From Octopus sinensis (lineage: Eukaryota), in NCBI RefSeq assembly GCF_006345805.1, contig NC_042999.1:136214001-136278000 (forward strand): a stretch of DNA of 64,000 bases. The letters run 5' to 3'. Each line of letters begins with the position of its first letter. The first letter of the stretch is position 1. The notes under the pieces are model-generated. The model saw only the letters and a program-made list of their open reading frames with translations, had not been told where the DNA came from and did no database searches. Below, in pieces: positions 50,016-64,000 of this stretch. A program made the position numbers and the translations under genes.

Positions 50016-50560
50016 TAGTATCTGTAATTAGCATTGGAAAACCTCTTTCATTTACTCAGTTACAATGTCAATTACACACCAAAAACTTTATATAGTCTAA
50101 AAGTAATAGTCTCAACATAAATACAGTGAAGTTTGTGAATTTGTATAAGTTATGGTCAAAAGGTCATTCAAAAAACATCAATGTTGTCTTTCCTGTGTGA
50201 TATCTTTATCATTTACATGTTTCAGTCATTACACTGCAGCCATTCTGGGGCACCACCTTGAAGAATTTATTGACCCCAGTACTTATTTTTTATATTTTGT
50301 TTTGTAAAGCCAGGTACTTATTCTATTGGGGTCAGTTGTCAGGTGGTGGTGGGTAACAAAGACACACACACACACACACACACATAAACACACACACACT
50401 TATAGACCCTTAGTATCTGTAATTAGCATTGGAAAATCTCTTTCACTTACTCAGTTACAATGTCAGTTACACACCAAAAACTTTATATAGTCTAAAAGTA
50501 ATACAGTCACAACATAAATACGGTGAAGTTTGTGAATTTGTATAAGTTACAGACAAAAGG
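50016..50560 (+). repeat. ~148-bp direct duplication flanking a SINE A remnant
   Basis: TAGTATCTGTAATTAGCATTGGAAAA...TATAAGTTA at 50016-50163 and 50411-50560. Confidence 0.9.
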
Positions 50561-50729
50561 TGAAGATTGTTTTTGTGTGGAGGAATAATTAATTCTAATT
50601 CAAATTTATTCTTTCTGTACAGCCTAGTACTAAATGATTTATGGCCCTGTACCGGCCTGTGACCCTGTGGTAGGAGATCACTAACGTAAGACTTATGATT
50701 CCACCAATCTACTGTCATAAACTACCTAC

Positions 50730-51168
50730 CCGCATGTTCTTGGTCTCAAGCATTTGTCTTATGAAGAAAGGCTGAAGATGCTCGACCTTTATTCTCTAAA
50801 AAAAACGCCGCCGCCGTGGTGATCTCATTCTTGCTCACAACATCATAAGCGGAAAGTGTAACCTCTCGAAAGAGCTGTTCTTCACTCCTGCTCCAGAGCA
50901 TCGGCTGCGGGGTCACTCCCAAAAGCTCTATCTGCGACGATTTCATCTCAATCGAAGGAGGGGCTTTCTCTCATCCAGGTTGCGGATCTGTGGAATAAGC
51001 TGCCGGACGAGATAGTGAAGATGCCGACGACCGCTCGGTTCAAAGTATCCCTTGACCACAAGTGGCCTGAACTCTTTACATGAACACTACCCTGTACATA
51101 ACTCCATGTCCCCCTACATGGCCTTGCGTTTTGCTTTTTGAGCCAAAAAATTAACTAACTAACTAACT
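50730..51168 (+). mobile_element. CR1-clade LINE 3' fragment with (AACT)n tail
   Basis: GLKHLSYEERLKMLDLYSL / RRRRGDLI...RLRGHSQKL / VADLWNKLPDEIV...FKVSLD across two frameshifts. Confidence 0.9.
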
Positions 51169-51446
51169 GAGAAAAGACGAAAGAGTGAAGATGTTCTAGG
51201 TAGGATTTGAACTCAGAGCATAACATCAGAACAAACAGTGTGAGGCATTCTATACAAACATTTAACAATTGCCAATTCACTGCCTTCTAACATAATACAA
51301 TCTAACATAACAGAATTTATAATTCTAAGGGCAATATACAGTATAATAGGAAGTCAGTAGTAATACTATCACTAGATATGCTGGAGGTGTGAGTGTATTT
51401 CAATAAACTGATAGTGAATCAATATGCGCAGATTTAATTAATACAG

Positions 51447-51531
51447 GTGTGAATGTCTGGGTAGATGATGTGAAGAACCTAGCAGAATAACTTGCTGAAG
51501 GCATAAATTTATTAAAGGAGAAGTGCTGTGG
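51447..51531 (+). other. Weak exon candidate with strong splice signals but an in-frame TAA
   Basis: tttaattaatacAG ... TGG|GTGAGT. Best frame reads VNVWVDDVKNLAE*LAEGINLLKEKCC. Confidence 0.15.
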
Positions 51532-51761
51532 GTGAGTTAAAAATAACAAAACAACTTGAGGCTTACATTGTCTAATATGTTTAATGAAATAGAATGGTGC
51601 GTATGTGTCATAACAATGGAGTTGTGTGTGCATATGATAAAATGGGTGATGAGAATATGATAATGGAGAATGGAGATGTGCACATATGGAATAAAATGAA
51701 GTGGTATGTATAGGTATACAATAAAATAAGGAGTGTGTGTGTTAATATCTATCTATGTATG

Positions 51762-51817
<56 letters not shown>

Positions 51818-52399
51818 CTCTCTCTATATATATATATATATATCAGAGAGAGGGGGGGATACATATCTATGGATACCTACATGCATGCATAGAGATAATG
51901 CATATTCATACATGGCTATAATAAAATGGTATATGTGTATGACATAATGAGCTGAGGTATATATGTTGAAATGGCGTACATATATATTATATACATATTT
52001 GATAAAATGAATGGTGTCTAGATATATGTGTATACACTACATCATTATTTCATGTTGTATGCTCTTCTTCATTACATGATGTGTCTGCATGATATAATGA
52101 TTCAGTGTGTATATATGATAAAATTAACTACTCTCTCTCTCTCTCTGTCTCTGTAAATGTGTGTGTGTGTGTGTCTGTCTGTGTGTTCATGTGTGTGTGT
52201 GTACACATATATACATATGTAGTTTTAGAAAGAAGGCCCTGTCACAGTTTTAACAAGATCATTTTGAGGGAGCTTTTCCAATGCTTAAGGCAAAATAAGC
52301 ATATTTTTTTTTTTACATTCTAACATTCATCTTCTTTCTTTGCAGATTACTTTATACAAACAACAGTGGTAAAATTCATACCAAATTTACATTTTTAAA

Positions 52400-53229
52400 A
52401 TGAGTTTTGATCAGAACCATATCAGATACAGCTTGCTGTATGAATTCAAAAAGGGTTCTTAAGTAATGGAAGCAGCAAGAAATATTCATTCCGTATCCAG
52501 AAATACCAACAGTAGTTTAGCCATTTTCACTCAGGAACCTTTTCTCTCACAGGCTATCCTTGTTTTGTCAATACTGAGTGTCTGAAAGCCATAGTTGCAG
52601 AAGGTTCAAAGCAATGAGAAAGGAAAAAAATAGTTCAAGTCACACATTGATCATAAAAAACCTTTCATGAAGAAGGAAAACTGTTGAAACTAGGTCAGTG
52701 GGAACCTCATCATTTGACTGCTTTTCAGCTTCATCAAAGTGTTGCCCTCTGTTTGTCATTGAAGAATAAACTTGCTACAGAACCTCTTCTTGATAAAAAC
52801 ATCACAAATGATGAAAAGTAGGTTCTCTATAGTCATATCCAGTGAAAAACATCAATGGTTAGCACCCAATGACAAAGAAGAATCTATACCCAAACTAAAA
52901 CTACACCCCCAAAAAGTTATGCTCTGTGTTTTGTGACATACGAAGGGCATCAGCTATCATGAAGTGTTAAACCCTAATAAAACAGTTAATGCAGAGAAGT
53001 ATTGCTGACAACTGGAAGCCTCTCTTTATCTTTTATCTTTTACTTGTTTCAGTGACTAGACTGTGGCCATGCTGGGGCACCACTTTGATGCATTTTAGTC
53101 AAAAGAATTTACCCTTGTACTTTCTTTTAAAGCCTGGTACTTATTTTATAAGCCTCTTATGCCAAACCACTAACTTACAGGGTTGTAAACACACCAACAC
53201 TGGTTGTCAGGAGGTGGTGAGGGACGAAC

Positions 53230-53263
<34 letters not shown>

Positions 53264-53720
53264 CTCTCACACACACACACACACACACACATGTACAATG
53301 GGTTTCTTTCAGTTTCTGTCTACCAGATCTTCTCACAAGGCTTTGGTTGGCTCAAAGCTATAGTAGAAGACACTTGCCCAAAGTGCCACACAGTGAGACT
53401 GAACCTGGAATCATGTGGTTGGGAAGCAAGCTTCTTACCAGACAGCTACACCTGTACCTATAAAGCCTAGCACAAAAATCTGCAGAAAAAAGTGCCCATC
53501 ATTAGCTAATCATAAAGGTGTGTTGCTCTTAGGCAATAATGCAGGTCACATATTACCCAAGTCATCCAGCCACTAAATATAGAAGTTTTGCCTTATCTTC
53601 CTTAATCTCCAGAACTTCAGCCATGTGATTATTTTCTTTTCAAATCACTGCAAACCTTGTTTAGAAAGAAAATTTATTTATTGTGAAGAGGTTAAAAATG
53701 ATATTGAGTTGTTTCTTCAA
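52400..53720 (+). mobile_element. Ancient mariner transposase relic split by a SINE A (53025-53460, minus)
   Basis: MSFDQNHIRYSLLYEFKKG, GQWEPHHL, ITNDEK*VLY, LHPQKVMLCV. After the SINE: GVLLLGNNA and LP*SPELQPCDYFLFKSL. Confidence 0.82.
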
Positions 53721-53739
53721 AACCTGAAGATCTTTATTA

Positions 53740-54450
53740 TTATTTCAAATTTTTGCAGCTTGGGGGAGGTGGGATGAGTCGATTACATCGACCCCAGTGT
53801 TCAATTGGTACTTATTTTATTGACCCTGAAAGGACAAAAGGCAAAGTTGATCTAGGCGGAATCTAAACTCAGCACATAGCAACGGGCAAAATACTGCTAA
53901 GCATTTCATCCAGCATGGTAACGATTCTGCCAGCTCACTGCCTTACTATATACTACTACTACTAATAATAATAATGATAACAATAATAATAATAATAATA
54001 ATAATAGCTTGTCAGTTGTTTGACCTTAACCAGTTGAGCATGTCCCTTAGTGACTGACGATATGTGCATCTCTGATCACGAGCAGAAGTAGTGGGGGAGC
54101 ATCATAGCCATGTGTTGAGAGGGATTCTTTGGGGTTTGAATAGTTCACCTCTGGAAACATGGGTGGTTCTTTCAACATCCTTAAACAACCCTTATTCAGG
54201 GACCGTTTGAGCGGGATGGGCTACTCAACCTGAAGAAAATTCTAACTGGGCCCCACCTGCAAGGTCATGTGCTGTTTATCTTGATATGAGATCACCATGT
54301 CGCGCACATATGGTTGTGATGCATGTGCCTGGTGTACCTTTATCAGACGGGTAGTCATGATGGGTATATTGGGCTTCGTATATTTTACCCCAGTGTCACT
54401 TTGATGGCATGAACTGCTCTCTCACTCAATGATAATAATAATAATAATGA
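53740..54450. mobile_element. SINE B (minus, 53740-53945) and 5'-truncated family F copy (plus, 54007-54430)
   Basis: Homology to 44115-44915, separated by (AAT)n. Confidence 0.85.
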
Positions 54451-54866
54451 TGTGAAATGTCAAATGTTTTGGTGCGTGATTTTTGGCCCACTCTGTATCA
54501 TATATTACATTATGAAGCAGTGTGTAGACATCATATAATGAAGTGATGTGTATACAGGATGAAATGAAATGGCTGTACATATGGTATAATGAAATGGTGT
54601 GTGTATAATTGATAAAATGCAAGGTAGGATGTCATTTCAATAACAATGCGAGTTGCTCATGTAAAGGAAGCTAAAGATAATGGGAATATATAATGATAAT
54701 GAATAAGGCAATGTCTTAGGATCATAGGAGATCATAAACAGAATAGCTACAGATAAATGTGATATTAACATGAGAGGAAGATAGATTAGAATTTTAGCAT
54801 GGAGTTACTAATACATGACTATAAACAGAAGGAGCCTTTATATCCCAATAAGGTGATAAAACAGAG

Positions 54867-54992
54867 TTACAACATAGGATATTTTATTCGGTTGAAATAA
54901 GGTTCAAATATATTATGGGTGTTTGCCACATCTTCAAGCATTGGCACATTAAAACTACCAGCTCTTTCATATGTTACATCATACCTTTGTCT
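54867..54992 (-). other. Weak candidate terminal exon (unidentified)
   Basis: taagtattttAG acceptor, then RQRYDVTYERAGSFNVPMLEDVANTHNIFEPYFNRIKYPML*. No recognised homology. Confidence 0.2.
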
Positions 54993-55127
54993 CTAAAATA
55001 CTTACTAAAATTTCTGTTTTTCTGAACTAGTTAGCTGTATACTACTTTTCTTTCTTTCATCCTCCTCACAATGCTTCACCCCACAAATGCTGCTCTAAAA
55101 TACCTCCTCCAATTCAAATTATGCAGT

Positions 55128-55287
55128 AGAAGCAGCTCTATGTGGTAAGAACCTTGCCTCCCAACCACCTGGTTCTGGGTTCAGTCTCACTGCATGGTAC
55201 CTTGGGCATGTGTTTTCTACTATAGCCTCAGACCAACCAAAGCCTTGTGAGTGGATTTGGTAGACAGAAACAGAAAGAACACCTGTC

Positions 55288-55343
<56 letters not shown>

Positions 55344-55346
55344 ATT

Positions 55347-55379
<33 letters not shown>

Positions 55380-55645
55380 CACACACACACACACTCATAT
55401 ACACATACATATATGTATGTATATATAATTATGTGTGTGTCTGTCCTCCCATCACCACCTGACAACCGATGTTGGTGTGTTTACATTCCTGTAACTTAGC
55501 AGTTTGACAAAAGACACTGATAGAATAAGTACTAGGCTTCAAAAATATAAGTCCTGGGTTTGATTTGTTTGGCTAAAACCCTTTAAGCCAGAGTTCCAGC
55601 ATGACTACAGTCAAATGACTGAAACAAGTAAAAGAATAAAAGAAT
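55128..55645 (+). mobile_element. SINE family A
   Basis: Head, (TA)/(CA) run and 3' module. Confidence 0.85.
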
Positions 55646-55924
55646 ATATAATTCTTAATGTATGTGTGTAGCTGAAAAGCCAGAAACTCTGGTTTTTATC
55701 TGAGAAAAATCCTTTTATAGATGTATTGTGCTAAAAAGAACACAGTTTTATTCAGAGCTTGGTGAAACAAACTTGCCTCAGAAATGACCACGATGCAGTC
55801 TCTTCTTGTATGATTATTTTGGAGTTATATGTCCATGCAAATAAGATTTCTTTTCTTTATTTGTTTGTATATACATGCTGGTTATGAATTATATCATGGT
55901 TTATATATAAATGTTTATATATAT

Positions 55925-56300
55925 AGGCGCAGGAGTGGCTGTGTGGTAAGTAGCTTGCTAACCAACCACATGGTTCCGGGTTCAGTCCCACTGCGTGGCA
56001 TCTTGGGCAAGTGTCTTCTGCTATAGCCCCGGGCCGACCAAAGCCTTGTGAGTGGATTTGGTAGACGGAAACTGAAAGAAGCCTGTCGTATATATATATG
56101 TGTGTGTGTGTGTCTGTGTTTGTCTCCCTAGCATTGCTTGACAACCAATGCTGGTGTGTTTACGTCCCCGTCACTTAGCGGTTCAGCAAAAGAGACCGAT
56201 AGAATAAGTACTGGACTTACAAAGAATAAGTTCCGGGGTCGAGTTGCTCGATTAAAGGCGGTGCTCCAGCATGGTCGCAGTCTAAGACTGAAACAAGTAA
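55925..56300 (+). mobile_element. SINE family A, young copy
   Basis: Nearly identical to 1-385, with CpGs retained. Confidence 0.9.
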
Positions 56301-57139
56301 AAAAAAAAAATAAAAAAATGAAATGTGGGATTAGTATTATATATTTTAACAATGTTAACAGGATTTGTAGGTGATGTTCTTCCTTGAAGTCAAATGTCCT
56401 GTGCACAGGATTTTGTAATGTAAATGTGTAAATTCAATATCACTACTAATTCCATGACATTCATTGATATACAGTTATTACAGTTTGTTAGTAATGGTGG
56501 AGGATCTGTCATTCAATGATGAAGATTCAGTGGTTCAATCAACTGAATTATCTGCTCCTGAATTATCACTTATGTGTTTGAGTATTCCACAGACATATGT
56601 ACTCTTATTGTAATTCTCAGGTAGACTCAGCACAACACAGTGAGTGACAAGGGTGTACCTTTTGAATCACCAGTACAATCCACTTGACAGGCTTCTGTAC
56701 AGTTTCCAACTACCTAATTTCACTCACAAGATACGTGTCAACCTAATGTTACAAAAATAAAATGACATTTGCTCAAGATGTCATACAGTGGAATCGAACC
56801 TAGAACCCAGTGATTGTGAAGTAAACTGTATCTACAATCTATGGGTAACATTAGTTCAAAAAAAGAAATTTACTATATGATTTGACATAGGAGGAAGTTA
56901 ATGGAAAGGTTGACATACTGAGTTACCACACTGGATAACACCAGCCCTGGTGATGCCAATGAGATCAACCACATCAGTCTCACCATTGTGCCAGGGCCTG
57001 AAAAGATATTCTCATCCATGGACTAAATAAATAAAAGAAATAAAGCATTCTGCACCTGAATCATTTAAGAAAACATAAAATATAACAAATTAAATAGTCC
57101 TGGAACATTGGGTAAGCAGTATGAAGTGTTTTACCTAAG

Positions 57140-57182
57140 ATCCGGCAGCAACACTTCCATTGGGATACAACATAACACAATG
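57140..57182 (+). other. Weak candidate 43-bp exon
   Basis: gtgttttacctaAG ... ATG|GTATGA. Open frames DPAATLPLGYNITQW or SGSNTSIGIQHNTM. Confidence 0.2.
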
Positions 57183-58624
57183 GTATGAGTACAGCATCTT
57201 ATTAACTGCATCTCCTGAATATAATGCTTTTTTAAAGTAAGACATTGTTAAATAGGTAGAGTTAAATGTCATGCTCAAGCACACAATACAACAGCTGTAT
57301 TGCAATACAAAGATACAGCTAACAGGCCAGAATAATTCTGATATTTTATTCATTATGTTAATCTATCATGTGTCACAGCTAGACAATTCATTAGACTGCA
57401 GACAATTGGCGAAAAGGCTGGCAATTTGCAATCCATAATCAGTGTGCTGTCTCTAAAATATAAATTTAACTCTGGTTCACTTTACTTTGTAAATAGAAAC
57501 AACAATAAGATACATAGAGTCTGCTGTTGTAAATAGAGAAATAATGGTAAAGCTAATGAATGTTTTGTTATTTGTAACACTGGCTTCAAGTCAATACATG
57601 GAACTATTGGTGAGGAGACAGCTCATGGCAATAGTCATATTGTTGCCAAAGACACACCAAGCTAGCATCCTCTGATTTCATTTAGCTACGGTAAAAAAAA
57701 AGTAATAAATCATTTTTTTTTTTTGTCTGGGAAGCAATGAAATAATTGCTTGAACTAAGCTCAATGATACTTGCTACAATGTTTCAAGATTGATGAAAGA
57801 CGAAGCTGATCCTGATGAGCTTTGATTTCAGAAATGTTAGGAATCAAACAAGCTACAATACACTTTCTTGACAAGCTTACCAATCTCAAACATGGTAGAA
57901 CACTGAAATAAATGTCTGAGAGTAACTAAGTTTTAATTCCCTGGATTCTGAGTTCAAAGCCTTCACTTTCATCTCTTTCAAGTAATTCCAAAAACAAGTA
58001 TCAATAATGTGATGGTGTATACACAATTAATGACACTTCCCATTTGCTTCATTAAAAGTAATCAATATTCTATTGTTTTTCATTCTTGCTACATCAATAA
58101 AATAAGGAGTTGTAATCTCCCGAGGATTGATTCAGTTGATTACTCTCTGCTACTATAAAAGCATTTGATATTTTTATTTTATGGAAGGAGAAAAATTAAT
58201 AAATAAATATCCAAAGAAAATGTTTTTCATTGTCTAATAACATTCATGGTTATTGGGTCTATAGACATTAATACTAATGCTTAGGGAGCTTAAGGATCCT
58301 GGTCATTGAACTCACAAAGGTTATTCTGCTCAAATAAGGATGTACTCTTATGCACACCCCAGCACAGATACATACTGTCAACTGTCCTGCAAAAATCTTC
58401 ATCAACTAGCAGCGTATAGACAGGGGATGTCAAACAGCTGACCTCCTGAATACAGTTCAAGATTGAGTTGGGTGGGGGTCATAATCAAATTGAGCAAATC
58501 CAAACAGGTTTGAGCAAATTATGACAACAAAAAATAAATAATTACATCATTATCATTATTTTTATTTTTATTTCTATTACCAAAATTCATGTCACTGAAT
58601 TTTAGAAGTAACCATCTAACAATA

Positions 58625-58785
58625 TTATGGGCAACCAGTAGCCTACGGGCCACATGTAACATGCAAGATTTTCTGTTTGGCAGACCTAATGAAAAATTAC
58701 CTTGAATTAAAAAAAAAAAAAGTGCAGTCTGCTTGATGATGAGCTATGTCTCATGCAGCCCACTTCTCATATAAAGGTTGCCTGT
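58625..58785. mobile_element. Possible degraded hAT-type MITE
   Basis: Ends TGGGCAACC ... GGTTGCC with interior GGGCCACATG / GCAGCCCAC. Confidence 0.35.
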
Positions 58786-59744
58786 GTTTAATCTGGCTAG
58801 GCATGAAACCCAGAGATCAGTGTAACTAACTAGTGGTGAACCACTTCAGCAAATATCAGTTAGTAATGCTGATAAACTTGAATAAATTTGTATGTCAAGG
58901 GAGCTGTGGATACTAACTTTTGGGGTAGGGCTGTTTCTTCAGAAACAGACAAAAGAAAAAAAAGAGAATAAAAAAGAAAATAAGTATGCAATTATTTTCA
59001 ACAAAATGGTTTATTAAGTACAGTCAAAAGCAATTTCATTTTCTACTCCAAATAGTCCTGCCCCAAAACATTAGTATTCCCTCAAACCATACACACTTCT
59101 TCAAACTTACAAACTTTGTTAACCAATTTTTGTCAATGCAGACACTAGTTTTCTCAGACTCTTGTATTATTATTTTTTTTATATATTTAGTATATGAGAT
59201 TGTTATTTGTTAAAATTAGATAATAGACACATTTTCATTTGTCTTCCCTATGGCAAACAAACTTATAATATAGTTATACATTATATAGATTTATGATGAA
59301 ATATAATACAATGCAGAACAAATCAGAAAGTAAATAACAACTAAAATGATTTTAGAAAATATAATCAACAGTTCATGGGAATATTCCAAAAAAAAAAAAA
59401 AACATTGATTACAACATCAAATTTTCTTAACAAAAGACGAAAGTCATTGCAATGAGATGTCATTATCCTTGTCCTTGTCTTTAACATCCACTTATCCATG
59501 TTTGTATGGGTCAGCTGGATTTTGTTGATGCAGATTTTCTATGGCCAGATGCTCTTCTTGTTGCCAGCCCTCACCAGATTCCAAGTAAGGTAGTATTTCC
59601 TCATGACCAGACATGATTTCATGGGAGATTGGACATGAAGGACACCACTTGTAGACAATGACACTCATTTACAACTAACATTCAATGTCAAGGTAAGGAG
59701 ATATTAACACACACACACACACACACATATATATACACATATAT

Positions 59745-59972
59745 CTTTTACCTTTTACTTCTTTCAGTCATTTGACTGTAGCCATGCTGAGGCACCTCCT
59801 TAAAGAGTTTTAGTTGAACAAACTGACTTCAGGACTTATTTTTTTAGAGCCTAGTACTTATTCTATTGATCTCTTTTGCCGAACTGCTAAGTTATAGGAA
59901 TGTACACATACCAACACTGGTTGTCAAGCAGTGGTGGGGGACAAACACAGACACAAAGACAGACAAATACAT

Positions 59973-60047
<75 letters not shown>

Positions 60048-60220
60048 ACACACATACAAAGGGCTTCTTTCAGTTTCTGTCTACCAAATCCACTCACAAG
60101 GTTTCGATCAACTGGAGCCTATTGTAGAAGACTCTTGCCCAGGATGTCATACACGGGAACTGAACTCAAAACCATGTAGTTGAGAAGCAAACTTCTTACC
60201 ACACAGCCATTCCTGCACCT
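59745..60220 (-). mobile_element. SINE family A with long (CA)n
   Basis: Reverse-complement homology to 1-385. Confidence 0.85.
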
Positions 60221-62439
60221 TATGAGCTGAATAGTATTTTTCTTGAAGAGTTCATGTGTGTCAGTATATGCCTGTATGTGTGCTTATATATCTGTGAATA
60301 TGTGCATGCTTGTCTGGATGAGTGTGTATGTGTGTTGGTTTTCGTTTTTGTGAGTGCATAATTGTTTGGACTGCATGCATGTATATTTGTGCATGAATGC
60401 ATGTCTGCAAGTGTGTGTAAGCATGCATCTATGACTACCTATAAGTACATTTGTATGTCTGAAAATCGACATGAGCTTGTGTGCGAGCATGTGTGTTCAT
60501 CTGTAAAGTGTATGCATGCTTGTGAGAGTAGGGAGCTGAGGGTTGGATGTGTCTTTTATTGCCCAACCACAACGGTCATCTACAAATATTGCTTGAGACA
60601 TGTATTCACAGAAGAGACAGGGCTCAGGATACTGACCCTCTAGTTGATATAATAAGAAAACAGATGAGTAGCAATAAACAACATGGCAGACTTGGTCCAA
60701 CCCATACCAGCTTAATAAATAAAACTGGCTTTAAGATATTGATGGTTGTTGTTGTTTTTGTTGTTTAGCCCTAGGTCAGCCTTGATTGAGCAGATCATTA
60801 TCACTATCATCATCACTTATTGTCTGTTTTCCATGCTGGCATGGGTTAGACAGTTTAACTGGAACTGGGAAGCTGGAGAGCTGTATCAGACTCCAGTCTG
60901 ATTTAGCTTGGTTTCTGCAGCTGGATGCCCTTCCTAATGTTGACCACTCCAAGAGTGTAGTGGGTACCTTTTACATGTCACTGGCACTGGTGACTTATTA
61001 CAGTTGTGATGATCCTGTCTTATTTTTATAGATAAAATATCTAAGACTACATTATACCTAATGTGTCCATTTTTTTAAGGAGGGTAAGGAGTGATTTGAG
61101 AGAGATTTGGTTTCTATTTTTAGCAGGGAAGTGACCACATAGAAGCTTCTTTGTTGGGTCATTGATGATGATGATGATGATGATGATGATGACAACAATG
61201 ACAATGGTGATGCTAGTGTGGTGGTGATGATCGTGGTGAGAATCATGGTGGAGGCGACAGCAACAATGATGACAATTGCAATTGTGAGGATGCTGATGAA
61301 CACAAATCAAATGTAATTTTTTTTTTGTTAAATAATTTGTACCATCATTACACACATTCTAAAATCCCTCCAGCTGACCTTTGGCAAGGGGTTGTGGACT
61401 TAGCACATCACTCTGTTTAACATCAATCCTCGGTCTTCCAATGCCTTTAGCTTGGGATGATAAACCAAACACAATGCCTTTTCATCACCTTCTTTCTGGT
61501 CTTTAAATACCTCTAGTTTGGAGTGGTAGGCTTAATATGACAATTTATCATTGACACTAGTTCTTATGTGGATTTGGTATAACTGATAGAAGTGATTCCA
61601 GTGCACTGCAGATACATATTTTAACAACCATAGAGAAATGCACAGTAAATTTAATCCAAGTATGAAATAAATTTGGAGTAAAGAATACTGCAACCAAAGC
61701 TTTTAGGTTGAGGAAGCAATTTAAAATATGAATTCAAATTTTGGCACAAGGCCAGCAATTTCGGACGATGGGGGAAAATCAATTACATTGACCCTAGTGC
61801 TCAACTGGTATTTATTTTATTGACCTTGAAAGGATGAAAGGCAAAGTTGACCTTGGCATAATTTGAACTCAGAATGTAAAGAAGGAGGAAATACCACTAA
61901 GCATTTTATGCAGTGTGTGAATGATTCTACCAGCTCACTGCCTTGGCCAGCAATTTAGCAATTTAATAATAAAAGTTATGAGTATGTACAGGGTTAGTGT
62001 GTGTATATGTGTAGTATAAGTTTATATATGTGTTGGGATTCCCCTGAGATAAGTGAACACACACACATGCATACACATATGAAGGCCCAAGGCTTAGTGA
62101 TTAGGGTGTTGCACTCATGATTGCAAGATTGTGGTTTTGATTCCAAGACTGGCTGATGCATTATGTTTTTGAGCAAAACACTTCATTTTACATTGCTCTG
62201 CAAAATTTCATCATCTGACATGTAGCATGTCATACACCTGTACAGTTAATGTCAGTTTGATGGAGGGAGTGAGCTTATATGAACACAAACATTTGATTAC
62301 TATAAACAAATCATCTGTGTGGTTGCTCAGCAAGAAATTGCAGGAAAATCATATGTTGTCTAATGATGGGAGAGTTCATTACATATATATACAAACACAA
62401 CACATGTGTGTGTATTTATGTTATATCTTTATGTATTTT

Positions 62440-62571
62440 GATGTGGCTGTGTAGTAAGAAGCTGGATTCCATACCACATGGTTCCAGGTTCAGTGTCTTC
62501 TGCTATAGCCTCAGGTGGACCAAAGACATGTGAGTGGATTTGGTAGATGGAAATTAAAAGAAGCCCATCAA

Positions 62572-62621
<50 letters not shown>

Positions 62622-62811
62622 ATGTGTGTGTGTGTGTCTTCGTGTCCATGTTTGTTCAACCCTCACAGCTTGATGACTGGATTCCCTACTACATGGTTCC
62701 AGGTTCAGTCCCACTGTGTGACACCTTGGGCAAGTATCTTCTACTATAGCCTTGAGCTGACTGAAGACATATGAGTGGATTTGGTAGATGGAAACTGAAA
62801 GAAGATCGTCG

Positions 62812-62852
<41 letters not shown>

Positions 62853-63120
62853 GTATATATATATACATACGCATGTCTATATCTGTGTGTGTGTGTCTTT
62901 GTGTCTGTGTTTGTTCCCCCCTCACAGCTCAACAATTGGTGTTGGTGCATTTATGTCCCTATAACTTAGCAGTTTGGCAATAAAGGCCGATAGAATAGGT
63001 ACTATACTTTAAAAAAATAGTCCTGGGTTCAATTTGTTCAGCTAAAAAAATTCTTCAAGGTTGTGCTCCAGCATGGCCACAGTCAAATGACTGAAACAAG
63101 TAAAAGAATAAAAGAATGTA
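62440..63120 (+). mobile_element. SINE family A with duplicated head
   Basis: ACATGGTTCCAGGTTCAGT head occurs twice (~62476 and ~62691), followed by one 3' module. Confidence 0.8.
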
Positions 63121-63128
63121 TACATACA

Positions 63129-63161
<33 letters not shown>

Positions 63162-63352
63162 TGTTGTTGTAAGAGACAAAAAAATAGCTTCAGGAAGGGT
63201 ATCTGGCCATAAGATACTGCTTTGCAAAGACCTATCTAAAAGCAGCCAACAATAAAAATGGAGTGAAAGTTGATGATCAGGATGATGATGAGGAGGAGAA
63301 GAAAAAGCATGAGAAAAATAATGATGAAAATTATACATACATACATACATAC

Positions 63353-63404
<52 letters not shown>

Positions 63405-64000
63405 TAAACCCAATAATAAGCAGTAAAAAATGCAGTAAGTATTTTTTATTGTGATAAAATATAGATTTAGATTCTTTTCCTTTTTTTAGTTCCACATTGA
63501 GCATTTTTTCAGAATAAAAGCCAAGCTGCTGCTCAAATAACAAGTGCATGACCTGTTGCAGTTTGGATTCTAGCAAATTGATTTAAGAGTACAATGATGG
63601 TATTTTTTCAACAAAGTCCTTGGTGTGTTCAGAATATTCATTTTCCACTATTGTACACACACACATATGTGCATGCGTGCACACACATTTATGTATATAA
63701 GTATGCATGTACATATGTATATGTGTGTATATGTATATGTGTATATGTGCATGAGTGTGTATATATGTATATATATATATATATATTATATATATATATA
63801 TACACACACATATATACATATATGTATATACATATTATACATATATACAAATATTTACAGATGTACATATATATATATGTACACTATATATATGCACACA
63901 TATATACATACATATATATACACACACATATGTATATACATATACACATATATACAAATATATACAGATATATATTTCTATATATGTACATTATATATAT

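Overview
AT-rich, microsatellite-saturated eukaryotic DNA made mostly of transposable-element debris. The repeat families resemble those of octopus/coleoid cephalopods; this is recognition from memory and was not database-checked. No host protein-coding gene could be confidently recognised, only a few weak exon candidates. Most ORFs in the supplied track are artefacts of (TA)n/(CA)n/(TAA)n repeats. Recognisable elements are: a near-complete frameshifted DD34D mariner (1172-2457); a 5'-truncated, internally deleted RTE LINE (3962-6705); a Penelope-like RT/GIY-YIG element with an open frame (~29070-30482); an R4/Dong 3' fragment in (TAA)n; a CR1 3' fragment; a non-autonomous Helitron; a maT-like Tc1/mariner; further mariner relics and MITEs; and dozens of tRNA-derived SINE and RTE-tail copies. 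The most striking locus is 2757-6705. There, an inverted array of Penelope-like termini is followed by a divergent histone H2B copy split into two oppositely oriented halves with twin-priming geometry (21-nt duplication, 26-bp junction palindrome), and then by the RTE. Other notable items are a cluster of degenerate minimal hammerhead-ribozyme folds at 28.9-31.8 kb, a perfect 48-bp inverted copy of local DNA at the Penelope 5' junction, several foldbacks, and a thrice-repeated target-site duplication. Boundaries of degraded repeats are approximate.
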